From Antedon mediterranea (lineage: Eukaryota; Animalia; Echinodermata): DNA of 64,000 nucleotides. The notes under the pieces are model-generated. The model had not been told where the DNA came from. It worked only from the letters and a program-made list of their open reading frames with translations, and did no database searches. Below are positions 50,625 to 63,271 of the stretch, piece by piece (position 1 is the stretch's first letter; every line of letters starts with the position of its first letter). Location: contig NC_092680.1 of NCBI RefSeq assembly GCF_964355755.1, positions 21,833,045 to 21,897,044 of the forward strand, read 5' to 3'. The position numbers were made by a program, and so were the translations under genes.

Positions 50625-51015
50625 TCTTTTCTTCTGCTTGTCTTTGGAATGATCTGCCACAATTTATTAAAGATCTTCTGCTCGTCTTTGGAATGATCTG
50701 CCACAAGTTATTAAAGATCTTCTGCTCGTCTTTGGAATGATCTGCCACAAGTTATTAAAGATCTTCTGCTCGTCTTTGGAATGATCTGCCACAAGTTATT
50801 AAAGATCTTCTGCTCGTCTTTGGAATGATCTGCCACAAGTTATTAAAGAGCGGCGACATCAATCGGTATTTTTAAAAACAGTCATAAATGAATAAAGGAT
50901 GTGTAAAATGGTTCCTCTGCTTCTTCTAGGATTGTTTGGATCATTTTGTGTGTGTTTAAAGCGATTAGAAACATTCTATTAGGCGCTATATTAGACTACA
51001 TTATGATTACTATTT
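50625..51015 (+). repeat. 44 bp tandem repeat x5 within a probable LINE (CR1/L2-like) 3' remnant
   Basis: Unit GATCTTCTGCTCGTCTTTGGAATGATCTGCCACAAGTTATTAAA encodes SARLWNDLP (an LWNxLP-type LINE C-terminal motif); downstream AAAGCGATTAG...GGCGCTATAT resembles a LINE tail. Confidence 0.65.
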
Positions 51016-51341
51016 ATTGAATTAATTTAACCTCCTTAGTATAAATATAATATTTCAAAATATATATGTTATATATTTCTAAAGAAAAATGATATTGATT
51101 TTGCATAAAAAAAGCTGTAGAGATTTGAACCGTACCTTCGGGTAAAACCGTGAATACTCAAAGTAGATCATTATCCGTTGCGCCACAGAAGTACACGACT
51201 GAACAGCTAACAATTGACATTCTATTTATACGTGCCTATATTACGTAATTCATCGTTACGTCATAAATATACATATTCATGACCGTCGTCTTGAGGGAAC
51301 AAAACTAGTGCTGTATTAGTTTTTCCTGGTAATGCATCAGA

Positions 51342-51580
51342 GGGCCGGATAGCTCAGTTGGTAGAGCGTCGTGGAACACGTTTGTCGTGGGTTCAAACCC
51401 CATGCCGGTCTCGGTGGAAAAGAGTTAAAGCTATGCGAGCTTCTGTGTTTGGGGTTCACAGATTTAAACGTCCCCCATTCCACCACACATCATGAGGCGA
51501 TAACATCACGGCATCTGATGTGTACCCAAGGCTGTGAGAGGGCCTTACTGTGCTAGAGGCAAGGGAGCACAACACATTTT
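51342..51580 (+). mobile_element. tRNA-derived SINE (second family)
   Basis: GGGCCGGATAGCTCAGTTGGTAGAGCG (A box) and GGTTCAAACCC (B box); no proper anticodon arm; followed by a non-tRNA body and a T-run. Confidence 0.65.
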
Positions 51581-51944
51581 TTTTCTTCTGAGGCTAACCA
51601 CCTTTTTCGATCTCGTAAATTCTATGTTTAGCGCCCTCAATTTTAAGAATAGCCGCGTTATATGTCAAAACAAATATAACATTTGTAAAGATGCCGCGGA
51701 TCCTTGTCATGGCATGAAGCTGACCTAAAATCTGAACTCACCTAAAACCTGTCATATCTGGATGGCTAAAATTAATTATCGTAGGCGATTCATTATTGTA
51801 AATGTTGTTTGTGGCGCGCTGTTTGTACGTTATAATTTTGTTCTGTTGAATTACCGTCGTGACCGCATGAATTGCATGCCTCGCTGGCTCGCACTTTGGC
51901 AACATTATGGTTACTCCCTTGGGTTCAAACCTAATATTTAGCAT

Positions 51945-52088
51945 TCAAACTTTATGTAACAAAAAAATGATATTTGCATATATATGGACGTGATAATGTC
52001 ATATCACTGCCATAATTGGGCATATCAATACCATATTTGAGCACATCACACTTTTTTGTCAAACTAGTTTGATAGTGTAGATAGAGCT
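51945..52088. mobile_element. GTCTACACTATCAAACT-TIR MITE, left end eroded
   Basis: Ends AAACTAGTTTGATAGTGTAGATAGAGCT. Confidence 0.72.
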
Positions 52089-53132
52089 CAAGTACCAATT
52101 TAGTGAAGCAGATACAATACAGACATAAAATGATTTATAATATTTATTTATTTTTTATTCAACACAGCAACATGGTTATACATAGTTGTAAGTTGTACTT
52201 ACAGTTACTGCCACACAATTAGTAAAGCATATCAATGCTTTGCAAGACAATTCCACAAATTATTAACTTAGACTTTTGTTAGTGTTTAAGGTTTGTGAGA
52301 TACATGTTATACAATACAGGACTTATACAATTGAAAACCCAAATATGAGTATGTTTCATTTCAGTTTTCTCATAACAATTACTTTGTTATTTGTAGGAGA
52401 ATGATTTGTATTTGAACCCATCTGCTCCCAAGACCTCACTGTCTGATCCAGCATATATACTAATACTGTATTATCATCAAGTCATGTAGTATAACTTTCT
52501 CTCTTATCAGTCAAAATATTAAAACTCCAATGTTTCCTCGCTACACACGGCTAAATAAGCCACACATCCATCATTAATTAGCACCACTGGTACAAAATAT
52601 ATTTTTTCACCAACAAATTGCAATTTTTAAAAAGTTGAATTACAACTAGAAATATTTATATTTTTAATAGTACAACAATAACTCGGTCAATACCGGACTC
52701 ACTGAAAACAAGAAAGGTTCCTGTTTTTAGGTCTTATTCTTTTTTACCATTAAAAACACATTCAGAAAACCAGACATAATTATTAGCCCAGCCCAAGGGT
52801 GTCCGGTATTGGGAGTGTTGAATGTAGTACAAATTAATCTGTATTAACAGATGTTATGAAAAGATTTCATTCAGTAATAAAATTCTAAGCTAATTCCTTA
52901 GGCTTGAATCTAACCTTAGCTATAGCAGTATAACTATAAGCTTGGCCGCTTAGATATATGAGCTAGGTCATGAGAAAAACACAAGAATAACTGTTACAAA
53001 ATGTTCTCAAAGTACATTCAGCACAACCAAACCATCTGAGTCAAATGATGTTATTTGGTTTATTTACTCAATCACATCAATGTTTGTATTCATCTCACGT
53101 TTCTTCAAATACAATAATGTTCTATGTTATCA

Positions 53133-56100
53133 TCATTTCACTGATATGTTTTCTAAAATCTTGTCTCTTTCTTCTTTATTTGGAAGTGCTGGTACAAGTC
53201 CTTTGCCTTTCCGTTCTCTAATTAGACTCCCCTGTAAAATAAAATAGATACCAAAGATAAACTTTAAAAAACATTATTAATACCTTTGTTTACTTTGTGG
53301 TTGTTGGGCTTGACACTTCAAAACCTTTGTTTACTTTGTGGTTGGGCTTGACACTTCAAAGCTTCTACTAAAGCCCCTCTTACTAATAAAATTAAATTAT
53401 TGGTGTAGATTTATATCAAATACAAGGTATTAACTGTATAATCCTATGTTTGAGTATAATCCCACCTCTTAATTTAGGCTAAATTTGGATGCAAGACTTT
53501 GGACGATTCCTTTGCTAATGCAATCTGAATATAATGCCACACTATAGGACTATACTGTATGCGGTATATACTCAAGTTTTATACACATATTATTACATAA
53601 CACCAACAAACAAAAATCCAAATATTGGTAATTATGATTCATGAAGTCTACTGGCTAAACAAAATATTGAATATTGGTTAAAATTTGAAATGGCAAGAAT
53701 TCATTTAATTTCATATACCCTCACTTACAGGGAATTTCAACCTTTCTAAGATCAAGACATTCATTTCAATGTAGGTCTATGTAACATGAGAACTAAATTT
53801 GTAAAATTATATTAATTTCCGTTTTATAAAAAACTATAGTTTGCCTACAGCCAAAGTTTGAAAAACGTGTGCCAGTGCCAAGCATTGTGTTGTTAATGAT
53901 GACTAATATTACTGTAGCAATAAGTACCACTATCTCTACATACAAAAATCCCTAAGTTTGATTATTCATTAGATATTATAAACTATAGAGGGCAGTATCC
54001 AAATAATATTTATTCCACATTAGCATGATTAGATTAGAATCATGTCATATTGAAAATAATGGTATTTTTGGATTTATAGTTCTGCAGCGGAACTCCAGCA
54101 AGGTAATTCTATTTCCTTTTTCTCGTAAAGTTTAACTAAAAAAGTTGGGAGTGTATTTAATGCAACTTCTGAGGTAATAAATGCACTGTAAACTGTAAAA
54201 TGATAGTACAGAAACTGCACAAATAATAGTCAACTTCACATGTAACAACTGTTACAAAAATTAAAATATTCTTTCTTAAAATACATAATTATCAAAATCC
54301 TAAATTAATTATGTAATTATGTTTGCATGGCCAAGCAATCAAGGCAGGGGTGGTCTTACCATGGACCCGAATTTATAGGTCCATGGTCTTACATATATGT
54401 TTGCATGGTCAAGCAATCAAGGCAGGGGTGGTCTTACCATGGACCCTAATTTATAGGTCCATGGTCTTACATATATGTTTGCATGGCCAAGCAATCAACC
54501 ATGGACCCTAATTTATAGGTCCATAGTCTTACATATATGTTTGCATGGCCAAGCAATCAACCATGGACCCTAATTTATAGGTCCATAGTCTTACATATAT
54601 GTTTTCATGGCCAAGCAATCAACTATGGACCCTAATTTATAGGTCCATAGTCTTACATATATGTTTGCATGGCCAAGCAATCAAGGCAGGGGTGGTCTTA
54701 CCATGGACCCTAATTTATAGGTGTATGGTCTTACATATTGCATAACATTAGTATGCAGATACACGCCACACAATGGAGGACAAGTGGTCTCAGAAAAGAA
54801 GAACCATAAATGTTGGCCCAGAGTGCAAAATTTATGAAAATGTATGGTTTATTATAGTAGTATAGTTTAAAATTTTATTTTGTATTTAAACTAAATTAAA
54901 AATTTTATACAAATTACTTGGTATTTTATTATTAAGTAAAATTTGTAATTACATTATTCAAACGTAATTGGATTATGCTTCATCTAGTTATTCAATAAGT
55001 TTATAAAGCATTGTATTAAAATGTCACCACAATTCTAACCAATAAGGTATGTTAAACATTTCTTACTAATTACCTTTAGTTGAGGTCCTGTATGATTGAC
55101 ATTACAACTAGTAGCATGTTTCAATAGCCGTTATATTGGAAGTTTGCAACATGGAAGTTTTCAAACAACGCCGACCACCTTGAAAACCACAAGGTTTTAG
55201 CCATGTTGCCCTTAATAGCATGCAAATCAAACATTATGTAACAGGCCTGTTTATGAATCTAATCTTGTATTGATGACAAATTACTATTTATTAGCCAACT
55301 ACGGTACTTCTTGGAGATCGCGCTTCTAATAAGGTCAAGGCAAGTTAGTAATTAGCTGGATACAGTCTGAGTAATTCAACCAGGAAATATCTAATTCATT
55401 AGTTGATTTGAACCAAGTTTTGCACCAACTTATGCATGGTACCATCTTTAAAATACCATCTTTTATTATCTATATTTCTTCCATATATGGACAAAAAACA
55501 ACAATAGAATAAAAGCACATTTAATAAAAAATAAAATACATTTTTGGATTATATATTTTTATCTATATTTTCTATTTACTGCAGTAACAATACAAAACCT
55601 TAAAACCAGATAGCATAGATCATATTTTATTATGAAATTCTCCTGTGTAATGTTTTTGTTATCAATTAAATGACACTAGTCTAAAAATAAAGTACTTACC
55701 CAAAATTTGCGGCAGTTTTTATAATTCAGGAAGTACTTGGTACATGAATCGCGATCAAAATTATTTTGATGGAGACAACGGTACGAGGCATTAGCTTCCT
55801 GAAGACAAACAAGACAAAAAAAGGAGATATTCATGAATTTATCAACCATTTTAGTATAAATATTAAAACAAATGAAAGTAACTCATTGTATACTTAAGTC
55901 CCTACTCAATTTGTCTGGGTAGTCATCACTTTAATATTTTGGTCACATGAGCTAGTTTGTAATACAAGTCAGATTGGAGCCAACTGTATAAAATATGCCA
56001 AGTTCTTATGAGCATACCACCACTCACTAAGCATGAGCAACGGTAGTCAGTGCTAATAATTCAATCATCCCCAGAAAACAAAATTATTGGGTTATTGAGA

Positions 56101-57290
56101 ATCAGTTATTTATTAGGTTTTAAAAACGTTTATTTGGCTAGCTTTTATCTGCATTTAATAGATTTTTTTTAAATTTACTAAAATTATTAATTGAATTTTC
56201 AATTAGATATAAACTGTATATGTATAAATATAGTTAATCAACTTTTATAACCTGTATGAATTGTATTTATAATACTGAGTCACATTGCATAATGTTAGGC
56301 CTACTAGGTATCCACATCTGGCAGGATAAATACCACTCACTGACAGTTACTAGGTTTTCACAATCTGCTCCTACTTAATTTAAATATAAACAATCTGTCT
56401 CGTGAATATTTATAAACATGAACTATGAGGAGGCAATTAATTGCATTAAAAGTTGCATACAGAATTCTCTGAATAAAGATTTGTGAAATTAATTCATTTT
56501 CTATCTTCCATTTTTTATTAATAATTATTTTTTATTTAAATTTACAGTCAGTGTAAAATCAGTGTAAGTAGGATAGGTATTTTATGAAATTTCAAATGAA
56601 AGCCGACATTTGTAGTTTTTTTTTATTATGCAAACAAATAAGTAAAGTAACAACTAGTAGTAGTAGGGCATAGATATTTGAGTTGTTTTTAATAATACTG
56701 TACTACTACTTACTTTTTATTTAAAAAATGTTTAACATTATTATTATGTTCATTTTAATTGATTATTAGTATAGTTAACACTTTTAAGTATTGCACAACA
56801 AATTTCATTTTTAATTTGCTTTTATATACCTATTTATCTAATTATTTACCTGGAAACAAAAGCCTCTTATATTTCTTTATTATTTACTTAAATATTTTAA
56901 TATAAGTTTAATAATTAGTTATTTTAATTTACAAATTTTGTATTCTATGAATGTCACAACTTTTGGTGAAGTGCTGCCAACATGATTCCATCAGCTGAGC
57001 CATGGATAACATCGAGGTGTCCTTCCCCCTCCGCACCCAAAATAGGTTAGTAGTAGTTAGGCTAGACCAGATAGATGGGCCACACAGTACTACTAAGGTC
57101 TACTTACTAGGCCTATACTTACTAGCTAGCCTGCCGACTATACCTAGCTAGATAGAGGCTACAGAATTTAAATACAAACCTCAAGACAAGGGTTATTATT
57201 AATATCGTCTAGTTTTTGTCTATCGGAACCAGAGTTCCTTTTTCTTCGAATATTGTCTGCTTCAATTTCAGAACCACTTTTCGTTTCCAT
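53133..57290 (-). CDS. CHCHD7: CHCHD7 (COX23-like twin CX9C mitochondrial intermembrane-space protein), 102 aa
   Basis: Exons 57180-57290, 55700-55798, 53133-53231 (all phase 0) give METKSG...NNPCLE|EANASYRCLHQNNFDRDSCTKYFLNYKNCRKFW|GSLIRERKGKGLVPALPNKEERDKILENISVK*, with two CX9C motifs. All three exons are too short for the ORF track. Confidence 0.93.
54318..54740. repeat. Minisatellite with long (about 78 bp) and short (about 61 bp) units, about 6 copies
   Basis: TATGTTTGCATGGCCAAGCAATCAA[GGCAGGGGTGGTCTTA]CCATGGACCCTAATTTATAGGTCCAT(A/G)GTCTTACATA. Confidence 0.92.
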
Positions 57291-58291
57291 TTTGCAGAAA
57301 TCAGATTAAAATTGCAAGTACTGTACCAATAAAATGTCATATGAAGGAGGCAGACATCTTGGAACAGCTCATTATACAAACAGGTAAAACCTTCACACCT
57401 TTATAAATGTTATTGGTATTTTATCTACTTATTTGTAAAAAAACTAATACTATACCTTACAGTTGCTACTTGAAAAAATCTATGTGCATACAGGTTTCAA
57501 CTGAAAATTTAATAGTGTGAAAAACGATGTTTGAAACTTTGTGGTTTTCTGTCATTTTCCGCTTGAACTGCAAAAACTTGCCCACAGTTCATTTCGTCAA
57601 AACATTGGAATAATTGGCCGGGCGGTCCCATCTGCTTGCGGAGAAATGTCATCCCTGTTTGGACCCAAAATTGATGAAATTTGTAGAAAATGCCAACTGA
57701 TAGATTTTAGGAATGTCTTAACAGAAGAAAGGCACTTACAGAGGTGTGTATGCATTTTTTCATATCTTTGAAACATATTGGGATTTGTGTAAAAAAGCTG
57801 TGTAATAAAAAGACCATCCGTGTGTGTGTTGAACAACCAGCAACCCTGGATTGTATAAATTCGTTGCTGGCTGACTGCTATATCTATTCTGGGCTGGTCC
57901 CTTTTCATCATGTACACTACTATATTGCTAATTATACTAGCCATGGCTGCGTAAATGAATATGGTATCTCAGCTATTTTAACTTCCATTCATTACATTGC
58001 ATTTTAGATGTAACATTTTATAAAACACTGATATGCATACTAACTGTACTATATAAATATAGTACTATAGCCTGGCCTACATACAGTTTTAAAGTGACAA
58101 TCTTTTTATTCTATCCAAACTGAGAGGAGTGTTTGGTTTGACAGATCTGTTTTATTCTAGACTGCTGTTACTAGAAAGCCTAGATTTATGTTTTGTTTCA
58201 TGATTACGATACTAAATGATTTCATGACACATGTTGTCAAGTATTATTAAAAAAAGGCGTTGTCTAATTTAAGTAATAATGGTAATAATTT

Positions 58292-58462
58292 TAAGGTTAG
58301 GCTATCGCAAATAACTTGATTTCGCGAGGAACGTCATTGCACAATGCATGATGGGAAGGGTTTGGGAGCAAATTTCACGATGCGTACTTACAAACAACAA
58401 ATAACGTACATATGCGTATTCCTTCCCACTATTCGTCGTGCACGCTATTACGATAAACCTTA
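58292..58462. mobile_element. Small TIR element
   Basis: TAAGGTTA[GGCTA]TCGCAAATAAC versus GCTATTACGATAAACCTTA. Confidence 0.45.
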
Positions 58463-58639
58463 TTTAACAATTGTAGGTAAGGCAGGCTATACATTTAGTG
58501 TCACTTTTTAAAGTCACAAATCTATTCCATGTGCATAGTCTCTGTAGTCACATTGTCAATTAGTTTTATGTGGTGTCACTTAAGTGGAAATGTGTGATGT
58601 TATTTTTTACTTAATGGACATTTTTTAATTTGACATTGC

Positions 58640-59512
58640 AAGATGTTCTCTTTCCTTTATTTCATCATCATTTCAGCCATTGTCGCCCCATTGCACAGTC
58701 ATTTATGTGATGTTCTCTTTCCTTTATTTCATCATCATTTCAGCCGTTGTCGCCCCATTGCACAGTCATTTATGTGATGTTCTCTTTCCTTTATTTCATC
58801 ATCATTTCAGCCGTTGTCGCCCCATTGCACAGTCATTTATGTGATGTTCTCTTTCCTTTATTTCATCATCATTTCAGCCGTTGTCGCCCCATTGCACAGT
58901 CATTTATGTGATGTTCTCTTTCCTTTATTTCATCATCATTTCAGCCGTTGTCGCCCCATTGCACAGTCATTTATGTGATATGCTACAAGATGTTCTCTTT
59001 CCTTTATTTCATCATCATTTAAGCCATTGTCGCCCCATTGCACAGTCATTTATGTGATGTTCTCTTTCCTTTATTTCATCATCATTTCAGCCGTTGTCGC
59101 CCCATTGCACAGTCATTTATGTGATATGCTACAAGATGTTCTCTTTCCTTTATTTCATCATCATTTAAGCCATTGTCGTCCCATTACACAGTCATTTATG
59201 TGATATGCTACAAGATGTTCTCTTTCCTTTATTTCATCATCATTTCAGCCGTTGTCGCCCCATTACACAGTCATTTATGTGATATGCTACAAGATGTTCT
59301 CTTTCCTTTATTTCATCATCATTTCAGCCGTTGTCGCCTCATTGCACAGTCATTTATGTGATGTTCTCTTTCCTTTATTTCATCATCATTTCAGCCGTTG
59401 TCGCCCCATTACACAGTCATTTATGTGATATGCTACAAGATGTTCTCTTTCCTTTATTTCATCATCATTTCAGCCATTGTCGCCTCATTGCACAGTCATT
59501 TATGTGACATGC
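58640..59512. repeat. 67/79 bp minisatellite, about 12 copies
   Basis: GATGTTCTCTTTCCTTTATTTCATCATCATTTCAGCCGTTGTCGCCCCATTGCACAGTCATTTATGT with or without GATATGCTACAA. Confidence 0.95.
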
Positions 59513-60919
59513 TACTACTGACATAATTTCACCACAATTGTCCCACCTTAAATCCTCTAAATAATCATTCTTTTCCACTTAATAAAATTTAAACCCAGTT
59601 TTACAACATGGCTTGTAAAAACCATGATACTGTTGTGAAATTTCAACATTCTTGTTCATTTATCCTGAACAAGTCATACTTTTATTCATAATGACATTAT
59701 TTTATTCATCATTTATTTTGTGTACATGTCATTTATTTAGACATCATTTCTACAGTTATTATGCATATTATTATTGTCAATTAAGAAACTGGCCTACTAC
59801 ATATGTAAACTGAAGCTATTTAATAAACAATTTCTGAACTTGAATGGTTTTGTCCCCATGAAAACATTGAAATATTATATTTGGTTTTAAATTTTAGAAT
59901 TAAAAACAAGGCCTGTTTAAACAATAAAAGTATAATTTTTCAGTGAATATTTTGTGTTTTCCATAACTCTGTTAATAATTGACATGTCCTTTGTAAAGTG
60001 TCGACTGACATGATGGTAGAATAAATAATTCCTGGCTGTGCAGCTGATTCCTAGACAAACTGTCATCTGTATTTCGCTAACATTTCTTGATCTGTGCTAG
60101 GATCGCAGTAGAAAAGTGTACCATAATGATTGAAACTATGCAGTAGAGGTCTTTGTCATCCACTTTTGTAAAAGTGGAAGTTGATCTCAATAGGCATGTA
60201 GTTGCTTTTTATCGCCTTCTTTTTGTCCATATTTTACTTAATATTTTGGTATTTTTATGCTTTTTACGATTTTTTTTATATGGATGAATAAAACTAAATG
60301 AAACTTAGTATTAGAAGTAGAAGTATTAATTTTTATTATGCAAGTTCTAATCAAATATCTATTTCTTGCCTGTCTTACCTAGATAAACCTAAAACAATAA
60401 CTGTACTCTTCTTGAAGAGCGAGATATAACTAAAAAAGTAGACCTTATATTTATGACCCCTCTCCACAAATGGTATATTCCATGAACTATTTAGATATAT
60501 TTTTAAAAATGTCAGTTTAATTCCACTTATATAGTTTAGGTCTTGAGGGGTCATGAAGGTTTATATTTCAAGTTGGTTAAAACTTGACACTTTGGAAGAA
60601 CTTAGATCAGGATAAATTGTCCTCATTGCCAGCTGCATTGTTTTCACACCATTACAGAACTTTGCATTAAAAAACATAGCATTTTAATTTACTTTTTATT
60701 ATAAATGATTATTACAATGAATCTGATTACAAACAATTTTTTAAAGATATTGTAGCACTAAAATCGTTTGTCTCCAAAAAAGTATTTCAATCTAATAATT
60801 TAGAATATGTTTGACTATTTCTAAAGAATCTTCAGAGAGCTCTAGGTCATCAGAGATTGGTCACATTAATAACAACTTGGGTTTGGTTAAAAACACTAAA
60901 TCAAAAACGAAACGTTGCC

Positions 60920-61101
60920 TTGTCTTCACTATCAAACTTCATGTGACAAAAAAATGTGATGTGCCCATATATAGACATGATGATGTTATACAGTATCACT
61001 ACCATATTTGGGAATATCACTACCGTATTTGGGAATATCACTACCATATTTTGGCAAATCACACTTTTTTTGTCAAACTACTGTAGTTTGATAGTGTAGA
61101 C
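60920..61101. mobile_element. GTCTACACTATCAAACT-TIR MITE
   Basis: TGTCTTCACTATCAAACT ... AGTTTGATAGTGTAGAC. Confidence 0.8.
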
Positions 61102-61107
61102 TCTTAA

Positions 61108-62153
61108 CACTTTGACTGCCAGAGGTTTTTCCAGTTAGAAACTGCCACCGCCAGCGTTTTTAGCCCAATTCGATGTTTTTATTAAAGCTGATTGAAACCA
61201 TGTATGTGATCTGATTTATATGTAATTTAGACTAAAATAATCATAAAGATTTTAGCTTTACAATGGTACCAAGAACGATTTTTAAAGCGCAATATGTAAA
61301 TCGTAATAGTAAAATGAAAGTAACACACTTTTTGAGTTTTTCGTAGTTTCGCGCAAGAAAGTCGAGATATTCGCGATTTTGTGCAAGACATCACAGTATG
61401 AAAATATCGCCCGGTGAGATCAACAAACAACAAAAAAGTTACTTACACGGCACCGATAGGCCTATAAAAACAAGTTATCACTATCGAAAAATGTATTACA
61501 TTTTATAAATCATAAATCTTACATCAATGTTTCGCCAAAATCCACATAGTAAAGACACCAGGCCTAGTTAACCAGGCCTAAAGTTGGTCCGGAACCGTTT
61601 TACGACTAGGCCTAGGCTAGGCTAGCCTTGTACTACTAGCCTAGATAGTAAACTGATGATAATATCCATACCATTTCAAAACAAGTTTGTTGCGTGAAAC
61701 TCGGTCACTTTAAGTAAAACACCAAAACAATTAGGGTATACATACAATAATAAAATTAAAGACTTCGTATTGAAAATGACTCCATTATCTTTTATTCAGA
61801 TAACAAACAAACATGTCAATCCACAAAAACGTTTGTAATGCTTCGGCGGCATAGCTAGCGCGCGACCGATACACAATGCGCCAAGCCATCGCTGTACGCG
61901 CTACTGTGATGCGCGGTGTTTGTTATTTCGACAGGTACCATTTTGACAGTCGTTCCTAACCAGATTAGTTACTTTCAAATTGTAAAATATTTACGGTCCA
62001 GACCGAATATAGTGTTCATATTTATAGTATATACCAATAATTAACCTATCTACCGGATTTCGTAAAAAAACGCGAAAAACGAAGATCTTCGTGTTTGGCA
62101 GTCAAGCGTTGTGTTTCCAAAAACGAAGATCTTCGTGTTTGGCAGTCAAAGTG
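61108..62153. mobile_element. Non-autonomous piggyBac-like element
   Basis: TTAA on both sides, TIRs CACTTTGACTGCCA / TGGCAGTCAAAGTG, duplicated subterminal AAAACGAAGATCTTCGTGTTTGGCAGTCAA. Confidence 0.85.
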
Positions 62154-62847
62154 TTAAGTAATTGGTTAAATTAGATTATATCCATGGAAATTTTGATGGG
62201 ACTTTTTGCTAAATCTCAACCCTCATTTACATTGCATGTTATTTTTCTTTGATGAATTCTTTAAACAGCATTTAATTGTGTCTTGTTATTAAACCAGATG
62301 TATAAAGTAAAGTAAACTATCACCGACATGACAGTACAGTAGTCTAGGTTTGTGTCAATGCTGCCATACTGTTAGTAATAATTGATATTAAAGTTTTATA
62401 ACTCTACCGGTATATGTTCTAAAATATGACATTTTTGGTTACTACAGGTGCCATTATATGTATGAGACATTCTAAGGCCATGTGACACGATCAGCTGATA
62501 TATTAAAATAACTGTCATTTTAAAATATATTTAAGAACCATCCTAAACCTGTACCTTCAAATAGTGTTTTAATAAACCTTTACTTCTGACATACAAATGC
62601 CTAAGTCATTTCTTCTGCTCTTACTGGAGGTTAGTTATTTTTTTTATTATTGTTCCATATTTTAATATCATTATTTATTCTATGGTCAGTATACTGTACT
62701 GTTTGCATTAAATGCCATTCAAAGAATAAAAAGGTAATTTCATCAAAATCCCTTTAGTAGAGTTAGTGTACTTAAAAACGGTTACATTAGTAGATTAAGT
62801 TTATCTTTTAATAGTTTTAGTCAAGGCCCATCCCCATATTGACATTT

Positions 62848-62936
62848 TTAATTCCAATCTTCATCTGTTTCGTCGTTGAATTTAAGTGTTTTTGATTTGT
62901 TGTAATTATCTGTTAGATTTGTTTCTTCTGCTGTTT
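62848..62936 (-). CDS. Possible terminal exon of an unidentified gene entering from the right
   Basis: Pyrimidine-rich acceptor ...TTTTAAAACCAG then (E)TAEETNLTDNYNKSKTLKFNDETDEDWN*; no recognisable family. Confidence 0.3.
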
Positions 62937-63111
62937 CTGGTTTTAAAAATAAAATAAATGAAAAATAAAATATCAATTCTACCAGACACACCCAGGCTTA
63001 TAAGAAGTTAGTTTGACTTGACTAGTGAATATTGAGCCTGGCCTCTGGGTTAACCTAGTAATACATTGCCTGGTTGGAAATACTAACACTATTCATACTG
63101 CAAATACCTTG

Positions 63112-63271
63112 CAGTAGCGTAACAGCTATGCACGACGCTCACTGGCTAAACCCAGGGGCCCAGAGCTTAAGGTGCCCCAGAGCATGAGCAGCCTCAATTC
63201 AACTACCCTGTGTTAGAGGGCCCCTTAGGAGTGCTAAACCAGGGGCCTTTGCCCTGTTCGCTATGCCACTG
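63112..63271. mobile_element. hAT-type MITE
   Basis: Termini CAGTAGCGTAAC / GCTATGCCACTG with an exact 8 bp TSD ATACCTTG. Confidence 0.8.

Noticed and set aside
50392-50748. ORFs with YYIHNI, ICYVYS or YVMYIV repeats
   Set aside because: These are translations of the 18 bp minisatellite.
51110-51190. tRNA-like sequence on the minus strand (also 17705-17772 on plus)
   Set aside because: Only degenerate A and B boxes with no cloverleaf; probably SINE debris.
58640-59512. 67/79 bp array as another splice-acceptor array (pyrimidine tract plus CAG in each unit)
   Set aside because: No exon or host gene could be tied to it.
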